A DNA stretch of 64,000 nt from Scyliorhinus canicula (Eukaryota). The translations under genes were made by a program, and so were the position numbers. Under the pieces are notes generated by a model. That model ran no database searches and was not told where the DNA came from. It was given only the letters and a program-made list of their open reading frames with translations. Every line of letters begins with the position of its first letter. The stretch's first letter is position 1. Positions 49,661-62,634 of the stretch are shown one piece after another. The stretch is from NCBI RefSeq assembly GCF_902713615.1, contig NW_024055497.1, forward strand, positions 1,520,420-1,584,419, read 5' to 3'.

Positions 49661-50284
49661 TCTCTCCTGGACTGAGAGTGAAAGGAGTTTGGAAATTCCT
49701 GTAGAAAGAGGAGGATTTACTGACAGGAACTTCAAATCAAACATCACATCATCATCTGACTGAGTCATTCGATTCATCAGGACCTGAATATCATTAGGAG
49801 GTAAAATGGTTTGTCTGTTCTGTCTGTGGACAAAGATTTCAGATATCAGAGTGACTGGGAAACTTTTAATGACCATTCTGGGTTAAATATGAGACTAATT
49901 ACACCGATCACATTGGTAGCCATGATATGGAGATGCCGGCGTTGGACTGGGGTGAGCACAGTAAGAAGTCTTACAACACGAGGTTAAAGTCCAACATGTT
50001 TGTTTTGAATCCATAGCTTTCGGAGCTCGTTCCGAGGAAGACTGTATGTCAAAGCTTGCCTGTAGTTCCTTCCTCTTTTCCAACTTCGCTGGGCACCATC
50101 TTCTGCATAACTCCTATCTACCTCCAGCATCTCAGCTGTTGACCCTCTGCTGCTTCAACCTCTCCTCTTTATCCACCCTAGCTTAAACGTGATCACCTCA
50201 CCACCGCTTTTAGAGCCTCCCAGACAACTGCCTTCAACACCTCATGAATTGGGTGCTCTAAATGTACTTTTTCTTTAATTAAAA

Positions 50285-50545
50285 AAATCCAAAAGCCATC
50301 ACTGTCAGTCCAGGATAGAAATTCTGAACAGACAATTCTAGTTTCTCTTGAACTTTTTCCTGGTCCCACACACTCTCCCTTCTCCCTGGGCTGAAATCCA
50401 AACCCATCTCACTATCTGCACCATTTCTTTCCTCCGCTCTCAGTTTTCTTCCTTCCTCTCCTCTGCCTGGGCCTCCAGCTGGTGTTTGTGAATCCTCCCC
50501 GCCCACCTGCCAGAGTTTCCTTCCTTCCCAGAGATCTGAGTCCTC
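50285..50545 (-). pseudogene. ZNF 5' intron/exon relic
   Basis: Paralogous to 48975-49200 (aaaagccatcactgtca.tccaggata.aaattctga...). Confidence 0.65.
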
Positions 50546-51019
50546 ATTGATGATTTGAGCCCAAACTGGAACCACGCTAAATTGCCTCTTAATTGGGAGA
50601 ATTTTTTTTAATTCAGGTTCGCAGCTCCACAAGGTGTTTCGAACTCCTCCCACCCATCTCCTTAACAGGATGACGCATTTATTTGTCTGACTAAAAGAAT
50701 GGTCTCTGATGGCCCAGCGGTTAGCACTGCTGCCTCACGCACTCAGGACCTGGGTTTGATCCCAGCCCCGTATCACTGTCCGTGTGGTGTTAGCACGTTC
50801 TCCCTGTGTCTGCGTGGGTCTCAGCTCCAAAACCCAAAGATGTGCAGTGTAGGTGGTTTTGCCAAGCTAAATTACACTTTAATTGGAAAAAAATAATTGG
50901 TTACTCTGAATTTATTTTTAAAAATGATTGTCTCTTTCCTAATTGTCATAATTAAAGGAGTGGGTTCCCCAGGAGATGGCTGACGTTTCAGGGGACATTA
51001 AATTAATAATGGACAGAGA

Positions 51020-54000
51020 CTTCTGGTGGCGGCTATGAAGGAGTAAGTTGCACATTTGGTGGCTCCCTCTCTGGTCCGACTTTTGGACCTTTTCCCCCGA
51101 TTTTCTACCGGACTCGAATTGTAAAACGGATGTTAGTGGCAATTGTTTGCTGAATTCCCACTTCGGTGATTGGAGAGAAGGACTAAAAGTGCTCTTAAGG
51201 GCAAAAACAATAAGACAGAAAAGGCTTGGGCTGTAGCTGCAACAGGAGACAGCATGGCAGAGGTTCGGACCTCTGCCTTGCCGACCCAGCAGTCTAAGGA
51301 GCAGCTGATGCAAGTCATTCAGGAAGGCTTTGCTACGCAGAAATGAGACTGCTTGGACCCGATAAGAAAGAGAAGAAAGAAAATCGCTTATTGTCACAAG
51401 TAGGCTTCAAATGAAATGAAATTAAAATCGCTTATTGTCACAAGTAGGCTTCAAATGAAGTTACTGTGAAAAGCCCCTAGTCACCACATTCCGGCGCCTG
51501 TTCGGGGAGGCTGTTACGGGAATCGAACCGTGCTGCTGGCCTGCCTTGGTCTGCTTTAAAAGCTAGCGATTTAGCTCTGTGCTAAACCAGCCCCAAAAAG
51601 AGTCAATTGAGTGGTTGGAGCACAGATTGGATGCCCAGGTTCGGCCAATCCAGAAGGTAGAGAAAGCACTGGCTGAGCAGGAGGACCATCAGACTACGAT
51701 GGAGCTGGAGGTGGAGATGCTGAGAGACCAGCAGAAGAAGCTCCTGGAGAAGGTGGATGACCTAGAGAATAGGTCCCGCCAGCAGAACCTAAGAATCGTC
51801 GGGCTCCCAGAGGGGTCTGAAGGAACAGATGCTGGGGAATACGTCGCAGACATGTTTGAGATGCTGTTGGGGGATGGGGCATTCTTCCGGCACATGGAGG
51901 TCGACAGGGCTCACAGAGCACTCGCGAGGAAGCTGTGAATGGGAGACCCCCCAAGGGCAATGGTGGTGAGATTCCACAGGTTCTCGGATAAGGAGCACAT
52001 TCTACACGGAGCTGTAATTGGGACAATAGCATCCTGCGGGTTTACCAGGACCTGAGTGTGGAGGTGGCCAGGAAAAGAGCAGGCTTCAACCAGATTAGGT
52101 TGACCCTTTTTAAGAAAAAGGTGATGTTTGGACTGTTATACCCAGCCCGTCTCTGGGTCGCGCATGAGGATCAGCACTTCTACTTCAAGTCGGCTGAGGA
52201 CGCATTGGACTTCGCGAAAAAGAAAGGGCTGGTGGTGGATTGAGAACTTTTGAACTTGGCTGCAACGTTCATGTTTTTGTTTTTTCTTTTTGTTTCTCTG
52301 TTTTTGTTAAAAAGTTTCTCATTTTGCTTTTTATGAAAGATGTTTGTGATGCCTTTTGCATTGATTTGGAACCAGCGGTAGAGCTGAGAGAGTTAAGGTT
52401 TTCATTTGCACTTTTGGGAGATGGAGGTGTGATGTTTTGATCTTGGTGTTTTTCTGTTGGGCAATTGTGTGGGGATTGTTTGATGTTGGAGTTTGTGAGA
52501 GTGAGGGGTGGGGTGGGGAACAATAGGTGGGAGACTGTCCGGCACCAGGGATGGGGGCTCCAAGCTAGCTGGGCAGGCTAGCTCTCGGAAGCGCAGTGGG
52601 GGGGGGGGGGGGGCGGATATGTTTGGTTTAGTTAAGGGGTTGGGTTACAGGGTTCTGTTACCAGAGTGGGTGAATGGTCTGCTGACGAGGGAGTGGACGG
52701 GACAGAGAGGAGGTTGGTGGCAGGGGCTCCCTGGGGACGGACCAGTGGAGGCGCGGAGTACGGGTTGGAGGCGGGCCTAAAAAAGGGGATGAGCCCCCAA
52801 CTAGGCTGATCAGCAACCTAGGAAAAGGGAGACAGCTAGGGAGATAGGGAAAGTAAAGGACAAAAATGGGAACCTGGTTGGTGATTCAGTCGGGGTGAAT
52901 AAGGCGTTTAGGGATTTTTACAGTAGGCTGTCCAGGTCGGAACCCCCTACGGGGCCGGAGGGGATGAGGCACTTCTTGGAGGGGCTGAATTTCCCAAAGG
53001 TGGATGGGGAGTGGGTAGAAGGGCTGGGGGCCCCAATCGGGCTGGAATGGATAGTGGAGGGCTTGAAGGCCATGCAGGCGGGTAAGGCCCCGTGTCCGGA
53101 TGGGTAACCAGTGGAGTTTCATAAAACGTTCTCGGGGATATTGGGGCCAGTGTTGTTGAGGATGATCAATGAGGCAAGGGAAAGAGGGGTGCTGCTCCCG
53201 ACGATGTAACAGGCTACGATTTCGCTGATTTTTAAGTGGGACAAGAACCCGGAGCTGTGTGGATCCTGTGGATCTTCCTGTTGAATGTATATGCCAAATT
53301 GCTTCCAGTGTCTTCCAGGATCGAGGATTGTGTCCCGGACGTTATTGGGGAGGACCAGACGGGGTTTGTTAACGGCAGGCAGCTGGTGGCCAACGTAAGA
53401 AAGCTGTTAGACGTGATCATGATGCCCCCGGAAGGTAGGGAGGTGGAGGTAGTGATCGCAATGGATGCAGAAAAGGCTTTTGATTGGGTAGAAAGTGATT
53501 ATCTGTGGGTTATACTGGGACGGTTCAGATTCGGGCGGGGGCTGTATTGACAGGGTCAGGTCGCTATATCAGGCTCCTGTGGCACGTTTACGGATGAATA
53601 GGACAACATCGGGCTATTTTAGACTGCACCGGGGGACGAGACAGGGATGCCCCCTTCCCCGTTGTTGTTTGCGCTGGCTATAGAGCCGTTGGCAATTCCT
53701 ATGAGAGCCTCAGGGGGCTGGTCCTGGGGGGCGGCGTGGAGAACAGCGTTTCGCTCTATGCGGATGACCTGCTTCTGTACATTCCGGACCCAATAGAGGT
53801 GCTGGAAGAAATCATGAGGATTCTCGGGGAATTTGCCAGTTTACGGGGTATAAGCTAAATATAGGAACGAGTGAGATGTTTGTGGTCCAGGCGAGGGAAC
53901 AGGAGAGGCGACTGGGAGAGCTGCCATTTAGGTTAGTAGGGGGAAGCCTTTGGTACCTCGTCATCCAGGTGGCGCGGGAATGGGACCGGCTGCATAAATT

Positions 54001-55584
54001 GAATCTGGCCCGGCTAGTGGACCAAATGAAGGACGATTTTCGGAGATGGGACGTGCTTCCATTGTCTCTGGCTGGGAGGGTGCAAACGGTGAAGGTGACA
54101 GTCCTCCCTAGATTCCTATTTGTATTTCAGTGTCTCCCCATCTTTATTCCGTGGTCCATTTTTAAGCGGGTCAACAAAGTGATCACTGGTTTCGTCTGGG
54201 TGGGCAAGACCCCACGAGTAAGGAAGGTAATGCTTGAGCTGAGTCAGGGAGAGGGCGGGCTGGCACTGCCAAATTTTAGCAACTATTACTGGGTGGCTAA
54301 TATAGCCATGATCAGGAAGTGGGTGGTGGGGGAGCGGTTGGCATGGATGCGGATGGAGGCAGCTTCATGTAGGGGCACCAGTCTGGGGGCGTTGGTAACT
54401 GCATCTCTGCTGTTCCTGCAGGCATGGTACTCCACCAGTCCAGTGGTGGTGGCGGCCAGGAGAGTTTGAGGCCAGTGGAGGCGGCATGTGGGAGCAGTGG
54501 GAGCATCAGTCTTGACCCCAATCTGTGATAATCACCGGTTTGCCCCGGGAATATGGACGGGGGGGTTCCAGCTATGGCGGCGAGCGGAGATTGAGAGGAT
54601 GGGGGTTTTGTTCATAGAGGGGAGCTTTCCGAGTATGAGGGCGCTGGAGGAGAAGTTTGGGTTGTCGAGGGGAAATTAATTCAGGTGTCTGCAGGTGCGG
54701 GACCTCCTACGTAAAGAGGTGTCAACCTTCCCGCTCCGCTGAGGGGGATTCACGATAGGGTAATTTCCAGAGGGTGGGTAGGGGAGGGGAGCATCTCGGA
54801 CTTCTATAAGGAGCTTATGGGGTTGGAGGAGACGCAGACCGAGGAGCTGAAGCGCAAGTGGGAGAAGGAGCTGGGAGGTGAGATAGATGGTCTATGGGCA
54901 GACGCTTTGAGTAGAGTCAACGTGTCCGCAACATGTGCCAAGCTCAGCCTGATATAATTTAAGGTTGTTCACCGGGCTCAATGACAGTTGTCTGGATGAG
55001 CAGGTTCTTTGGGGTAGAAGACAGGTGTGCCAGGTGTACGGGAGGACCTGCAAACATGTCCATATGTTCTGGGCATGCCCGAAGCTTAGAGGATTCTGGC
55101 AGGGGTTTTCGGATGTCATGTCCACGGTGATAAAAACAAGGGTTGCACCGAGTCCGGAGGTGGCGATTTTCGGGGTGTTGGAAGACCCGGGAATCAAGGA
55201 GGAGAAAGAGGTAGACGTTGTGGCCTTTGCTTCCCTGGTAGCCTGGAGACGGATACTATTAGCTTGGAGGGACTCAAAGCCCCCGAAGTTCTTGACCTGA
55301 CTATTGGACATGGCTAGCTTTCTGTTTGGAGAAAATCAAGTTCGCCGTGAGAGGGTCACTGTTGGGGTTTACCCGGAGGTGGCAACCATTTGTCAACTTC
55401 TTCGTGGGAAATTAATCGTCAGTGGTGGTGGGGGGGGTTGAGATTAGAGCAGGAGGTCAATAAGGGTTGGACCTGTATGAAAGGTAAACAGCTTTTGCAC
55501 TATGTTTATGGTTTCATGTATATTGTTTATTTAGTTGTTGCTGCTATACCAAAAATACCACCATAAAATGTTTATTAAAAAAAA
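51020..55584 (+). mobile_element. 5'-complete but decayed L1-type LINE lacking the endonuclease domain
   Basis: 15-bp duplication aataatggacagaga (51005-51019, 55585-55599) and poly(A). ORF1 remnants 51200-52243 contain a SINE. ORF2 jumps from PPTRLI directly to RETAREIG near 52812, then broken RT motifs (DAEKAFD, GTRQGCP, LYADD). Confidence 0.88.
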
Positions 55585-56734
55585 AATAATGGACAGAGAT
55601 ATATCTCGTGTTGTTACATGGTACAGATTAAGATTTTATTTACCTTTCTGTAATAACGTAAATGTATAATTATTTCTTCTCTTGTAATATAAGACTGTAG
55701 CTACGTTATAGATTTCCGGTCATCTCTTCCCTCAGGGTTGTTAGTCTTTGGATTTCTCTTTCACAGGGACCAGTTGTATCTGGGGGGGTCATTGAATATA
55801 TTGAAGCACAAGTGTGACAGATATTTTATTGACAATGGAGTTAAGGGTTATGGGGACCAGGTAGGAAAATAGAGAGAAAGCTGAGATGAGGAGGGATCTC
55901 TTCACTCGAGGATGTGGTGAAGCTTTGGAATTCTCTACCCCAGAGGAATGTGCAGCCTCAGTCATCAGGTATGTTCAAGACAAATATTGATAAGTTTCTA
56001 GATATTGAAGATATCGAGGGATATGGGGATCGTGTGGGAAAGTGGTGCTGAGGTAGATCGGCCAAGGATCTCATTGAATGGTTGAGCAGACTCGGTGGGC
56101 CGAATGGCCTACTCTTGATCCTATTCTAATCTCTGTGTCCTGGTCAGGAAGCAGTGAGCTGAGCTTGGATCTGTCAATCAACATGAATCAGCACCTTCAG
56201 GAGAATTGGGTGGGTGAATATTAGATACAGATATTAGATTGTGTGGGATATGGATTTACAGCTTTTGGAGAACAAAAGAGGAAATAATGTTCCATAGGAA
56301 CTAAAATTGTCGGTTCTGAATTTATTTCCTGCACTAAAAATGATGACTTTTGCAAATTGTTTTTAAAGGATATTGGAAGTGGAGGAATTATAGACAGAAA
56401 TCTCAAACATCACGTCTCGATGTGACAATCTCACTCGATTCCTTCTGACCTGAATATCATCGGGCTCTGAATATTATCGGCGAAAAGGAGAAATGTTTGT
56501 CCAATCTGTCGGCTTCAGAAGATTTTAAACATCAGTGTGACTGGAAAAGCACCAAGACCCACACAGCACACACCCGAGTGAGAGTGTTCCAGTGAACTGA
56601 CTGTGAAAAGAGCTTCAACACAGCCTGAAAAAACATCACACCATTCACAGTGAGGAGAGACAGTGCACATGTTCTGTGTGTAGACAAGGCTTCCATTGAT
56701 TGTCAATCTGGAGAGACACAAGGAGACCCAAAAC

Positions 56735-57433
56735 ATGGAGAAACCGTGGAAATGTGGGGACTGTGGGAAGGGATACAGATCCCCATCTGAGCTGGAGACT
56801 CATCGACGCAGTCACACTGGGGAGAGGCCGTTCACCTGCTCCCAGTGTGGGAAGGGATTCACTCAGTTATCCAGCCTGCAGACACACCAGCGGGTTCACA
56901 CTGGGGAGAGGCCATTCACCTGCTCTCAGTGTGGGAAGAGATTCATTGATTCATCCACCCTGCAGAGACACCAGCGAGTTCACACTGGGGAAAAGCCATT
57001 CACCTGCTCTCAGTGTGGGAAGGGATTCCGTGATTTATCCAGTCTGCCGAGACATCAGCGAGTTCACACCGGGGAGAAGCCATTCACCTGCTCCCTCTGT
57101 GGGAAGGGATTCATTAATTCATTCGCCCTGCAGAGACACCAGCGAATTCACACTGGGGAGAGGCCATTCACCTGCTCTCAGTGTGGGAAGGGATTCCGTG
57201 ATTTACCCAACCTGCGGATCCATCAGCGAGTTCACACTGGTGAGCGCCCGTTCATCTGCTCTCAATGTGGGGAGGGATTCACTCAGTCATCCAGTCTGCA
57301 GACACACCAGCGAGTTCACACTGGGGAGAAGCCATTTACCTGTTCTCAGTGTGGGCAGAGATTCCGAGCTTCATCCAACCTGCGGAGCCATCTGCGAATT
57401 CACACTGGGGAGAAGCCATTCACCTGCTCTTAG
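56735..57433 (+). CDS. Tandem C2H2 zinc-finger protein (8 intact fingers; no KRAB/SCAN)
   Basis: MEKPWKC start. A ninth finger is cut by TAG (CAG>TAG) just before a CR1 insertion. Last-exon acceptor tttttaaag (exon start 56369). Confidence 0.85.
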   Translation: MEKPWKCGDCGKGYRSPSELETHRRSHTGERPFTCSQCGKGFTQLSSLQTHQRVHTGERPFTCSQCGKRFIDSSTLQRHQRVHTGEKPFTCSQCGKGFRDLSSLPRHQRVHTGEKPFTCSLCGKGFINSFALQRHQRIHTGERPFTCSQCGKGFRDLPNLRIHQRVHTGERPFICSQCGEGFTQSSSLQTHQRVHTGEKPFTCSQCGQRFRASSNLRSHLRIHTGEKPFTCS

Positions 57434-57454
57434 TGTAGGAAGGGATTACACAGA

Positions 57455-59100
57455 AACATAGAAAATAGGAGCAGGATGAGACCATTTGGTCCTTCGCGCC
57501 TGTTCTGCCATTCATTATGATCATGGCTTATCATCCAACTTTATAGCCTAATCCCGATTTCCCCTCCATATCCTTTTAATCACCATCGCCCTAAGTGCTA
57601 TATCTAACTGTTCCCTGAAAACATACAATGTATTGGCCTCAACTATTTCCTGTGGGAACAAATTCCACAGACTCACCACTCTCTGGTTGAAGAAATTTCT
57701 CCTCATCTCTGTCCTAAATGGTCTCCCCGTATCCTCAGACTGCGACCTCTGGTTCTGTACACTCCGACCATCGGGAAAATCTTTCAAGTCCTGTTAGAAT
57801 ATTATAGGTTTCTATGAGATCCCCGCTCATTCTTCTGAATTCCAGCGGGTACAATCCTAACTGATTCAATCTCTCATACGTCAGTCCCACCATCCCAGGA
57901 ATCAGTCTGGTAAACCTTCGCTGCACTTCCTCTTGAGCAAGAACATCCTTCCTCCGATAAGGAGACCAAAATTGCACACAATATTCCAGCTACAGCCTCG
58001 CCAAGGCCCTGTATAGAACAAAGAACAATACAGCACAGGAACAGGCCCTTCGGCCCTCCAAACCTGCGCCGATCACGTATTCTATCTAGACCAACCGCCT
58101 GTATCTTTCTATACCCCATCTGTTCATGTGTCTATCCAGATAAGTCTTAAAGGTCGCTAACATTTCTGCCTCAACCACCTCACTTGGCAGTGCATTCCAG
58201 GCCACCACCACCTGTTGTGTAAAAACCTCCACCACACATCTCCACTGAACCTTTCCACCCTCACCTTGAATTTGTGGCCCCTTGTAATTGTCATTTTTGC
58301 CCTGGGAAAAAGCCTCCAACTGTTCACCCTATCGATACCCCTAATAATTTTATAAACTTCTATCAGGTTGCCCCTCAGCCTCCGTCTCACTGGGGAGAAC
58401 AATACCAGTTTATTAAATCTCTCCTCATAGCTAATACCCTCCATACCAGGCAAGATCCTGGTAAACATAGAACATAGACAGTACAGCACAGAACAGGCCC
58501 TTCGGCCCTCGATGTTGTGCCGAGCAAATGATCACCCTACTCAAACCCACGTATCCACCCTATACCCGTAACCCAACAACCCCCCCCCCCCCCTTAACCT
58601 TACTTTTTAGGACACTAAGGGCAATTTAGCATGGCCAAGCCACCTAACCCGCACATCTTTGGACTGTGGGAGGAAACCGGAGCACCCGGAGGAAACCCAC
58701 GGACACACGGGGAGGACGTACAGACTCCGCACAGACAGTGACCCAGCCGGGAATCGAACCTGGGACCCTGGAGCTGTGAAGCATTTATGCTAACCACCAT
58801 GCTACCGTGCTGCCCGTAAACCTTTTCTGTACTCTTCCCAAAGCCTCCACGTCCTTCTGGTAGTGCAGTGACCAGAATTGGGACACAGTATTCCAAATGA
58901 GGCCTCACCAACATTATATGTAATTGTAACATAATTTTTGAGCTTTTATACTCGATACCCCGTCCTATGAAGGCAAGCATGCTGTCTGCTTTCTTCGCCA
59001 CCATTTCCACCTGTGCTGCCACTTTTAAGTATCTGTGAACCTGCATGCCCAGATCTCTCTGTGTCTCTATGCTCCTGATGGTCGGCATCTCCACATCATG
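57455..59100 (-). mobile_element. Stack of nested CR1 3' fragments and a SINE
   Basis: RT C-terminal motifs in several broken frames; (ctatgtt)n-type tails. Confidence 0.8.
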
Positions 59101-62100
59101 AGTGTTAAATGCTCCCAGTTCTGTATATTATGAACTTTTGTTGCACCTTATCCAGTGCCTCTATTTTCTTTTTCTAAATGGAGATCACCAATGTTGACAG
59201 AGCTCCCAGTGTAGTCTCACCATCGTTCTAAACAAGCTGAACATTTCCTCCATGCTTTTCAATTCTATCCCTCTTGAATGGAACCCTAGACATGGGCCCC
59301 ACACTTTAAGAAAGATGTGAAGTTCTTAGAGAGGGTGCAGAGGACATTTACAATAATAATGATCTTTATTATTGTCACAAGTGGGCTTACATTAACACTG
59401 CAATGAAGTAACTGAAAATCCCCTAGTCGCCACACTCTTTGACGCATGTTCGGGTACATTGAGGGAGAATTCAGAATTTCCAATTCACCTCACAAGCACA
59501 TCCTTTGGGACTTGTGGTAGTAAACTGGAGCACCCGGAGGAAACCCACGCAGACATGGGGAGAACGTGCAGACTCCGCACAGACAGTGACCTAAACCGGG
59601 AATTGAATCTGGGACCCTGGTGCTGTGAAGCAACAGTGCTAACCATTGTGCTAGAACGGCACCAAAGATCAGTGACTCCTGTTAGTTTGAGAGACTGGAG
59701 CAGCTGAATTTCTCTCCTGAGATCACAGTATCTGGAGGGTGGGGAATGGGGCCATTCAGCCCTTTGAGACCATGTCGGCTCTCTGTGGAGCAAGCCAGTC
59801 TGTCCGTTGCCCTGTTCTGTCCCCAAATTTGTGCAGGTTTATTTCTCTCAGTGCCCGTCCAATTTCCGATTGAAATCCTTCTGTCGTCTCTGCATCTCCT
59901 CCCCCCATAGGCAGCAGGTTCCAGGTCGTTACCACTCCCTTTACATGTATACAAGGCTCCTCGAGCACAGAGGAGTCTATTTGGCCCATTTTCCCCGTGC
60001 CAGCTTTTTGTACAGCGAACCATTTCATCCCAGAGTTCGACTATTTTGTTTTCTTTTTTGGAATATATCAAATGACAGTCCAATGAGGCCCGACCACCAT
60101 TTATAGACAGTGTATTCCAAATCACAACAACTCAGTGTTTTACAACAAATAATTGTGGATATGATGTGTCTGGAGGTTCACAGAGTATTCAAAATGGTGC
60201 CAACGCCATGGTTATTACACAAAATTAAGACTCAACCTTTACCAATAAATTGGTGAGGACACCAAGTGTAATATATCCTCGTTTGCCGACAATTAGAATA
60301 AATGTACATTTTTATAAAACCTCGCACTACCACTGGACGTCAGTGTTTTAAAGCCAATGGAGTCCATTTGAAACATATTCACTGTTATAATGTAGGAAAC
60401 TGTTAGTACCATGTGTGATCACATTTAGTTATAAAATTGTTATTTTCATAGTGCGTTCACTGTCATCAGTAACAAGGTCAAGGAAGCCCTTTTATCCCTC
60501 CTTGTGGCTCCTGCAGCCATTTCACCTTCTGTACCTTTTCTATATTAACTATGTATTGATTTCATAGCAAAAAACAATAATTAAATTCATGATTATTCAG
60601 TAGTGAACACTGATTATCATTAGTGAATTGCTGTATCAGGTAATTGTATTGTAAAGACCAGATCTTTGTTTTAAAAAATAACACTATCAGCCAAAATGTT
60701 TCCAGAAACTGCAGAGCTATCAGAATGTGTTAAAAGTCACCAGCAGTTCTGTAGAATCATTGCAAGACAAGATCACAGAAGACAACATTAGACATTGTCA
60801 TGTCAAGAAGATGTGGGCTAGGTAGTGGTGCAATGGTATTGTTTAAAAAATTTTTTTTTTAGAGTACCCAATTATTTTTTTTCCAATTAAGGGGCAATTC
60901 AGCATGGCCAATCCACCTACCCTGCACATCTTTGGGTTGTGGGGGCGAAACACACGCAAACACGGGGAGAATGCGCAAACTACACATGGACAGTGAAAAT
61001 GAAATGAAAATCGCTTATTGTCACAAGTAGGCTTCAATGAAGTTCCTGTGTAAAGCCCCTAGTCGCCACATTCCGGTGCCTGTTCGGGGAGGCTGGTACG
61101 GGAACTACACACTGACAGTGACCCAGAGCTGTGATCGAACCTAGGACATTGGGGCTGTGAGGCAGCAATTCTAAACACCGTCCTGCCCTGTATTATTACT
61201 GGCCGAGTAATCCAGAGACCCAGGTTAATGCTCTGGGGATCTGGGATAGAATCTGCCTTTGACAGATATTGAAATTGAATAAAAGTCCCGAATTAAGTCT
61301 GATGATAACATTGTCGATTGTTGTAAAAATCCATCTGGTTCACTAATGTACTTCAGGAAATCTGCTCTTCTGACGTGGCCTGGCCTACACGTGACTCCAG
61401 ATCCACAGCAATGTTGTGGTTGATTTGTAAGTGCCCTCTGAAATAGCCTCACAAGACACGCAGTTCAAGGGCAATTGGAATGAGCAGTAAATGCTGGTCC
61501 AGACAGTGACGCCCACCTCCGATGAATGGATAATTTTTAAGAACACTTTTCAATTTGAAGACGAGTAAGAAACTGTCTCTTTGATTGGATTGGTTTATTA
61601 TCACGTGTACCGAGGTACAGTGAAAAGTATTGTTCTGCGTACAGTCTAGACAGATCGTTCCATACATGAAAAAACAAAGTGCGGATCTTGGCAGTTTGCT
61701 CAGTTCACAAAAGAATTTAATGGCTTTGTAGACACCGATTAATATTTTAATCACCATCAGAAACATGTCTAATGGTAATGTGTGGTCATAGAGACAGACA
61801 CAAACAATACTGTAACTGAATTTGAGGAAATAGCAGAGATTTAACTGAACCACATTTTTGAAAGTTTCGGCCTTAATGATGGAGAAACAGGAAAAGCCAC
61901 TCAGGGAGATGAGGAAATCCAGGCTCAGTGCGGATTTGCTGTCACCCCTCCTTTCTTATACATGAACGGTATTTAGGCTGCAGAATGTTTCACACCAAAA
62001 CACAGAGGGGTCAAATATAAGCAACACATAATTCTCAATTCTCTTCCATTTAACTCTATTTGACTTTGTTTAAAAGCAACAATCTCAAAGATTCAGGGGA

Positions 62101-62634
62101 TCTGAATTACTCAGTGAAATGCTTTCTTTTATTGGTCAGGCATGTTTGCAATTCAATGGTGTATATTTCAGAGTTATTCAGAGTGAAGACTCTCGAGCTA
62201 TTCAATTCAAAATGAAGTCACATGTAACACATAAATATACTGATGTTTAATATTGAATAATGAAACAGGTCTTAAGTAAAATTGGAATTTTTTTATAGGA
62301 AGATAAGAATGATGCATTAATGATTGAACAGAGAGCAGTGTTACGTTAGATATTTGCTGAACAAATAATAAAGTTCAATATAATTTCTATATCTTATGGT
62401 CTTACAAGTTGAGACATCTGTTTTAAAGGAACAGCTGTCTTCGTGTAATCAGTGACCTGGCCTCCCAGCTGAACCATTGAAAGCTGCAGCAAGACTGTGC
62501 AGTTGAATGTTGCACAGGGCCATTGGGTACTGTGCTTCCAAATGTTTCTGTAGCGTAGAGATTATCACATTCATCTAACGCACGAGGGTTGTCTGATCTG
62601 AAATTGGCAGAAGCATTAAATGCTTCTAATTTAT

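Noticed and set aside
60120-62630. AT-rich, apparently unique stretches as possible exons or viral relics
   Set aside because: No recognisable domain, long ORF or convincing splice pattern; a translated homology search would be needed.
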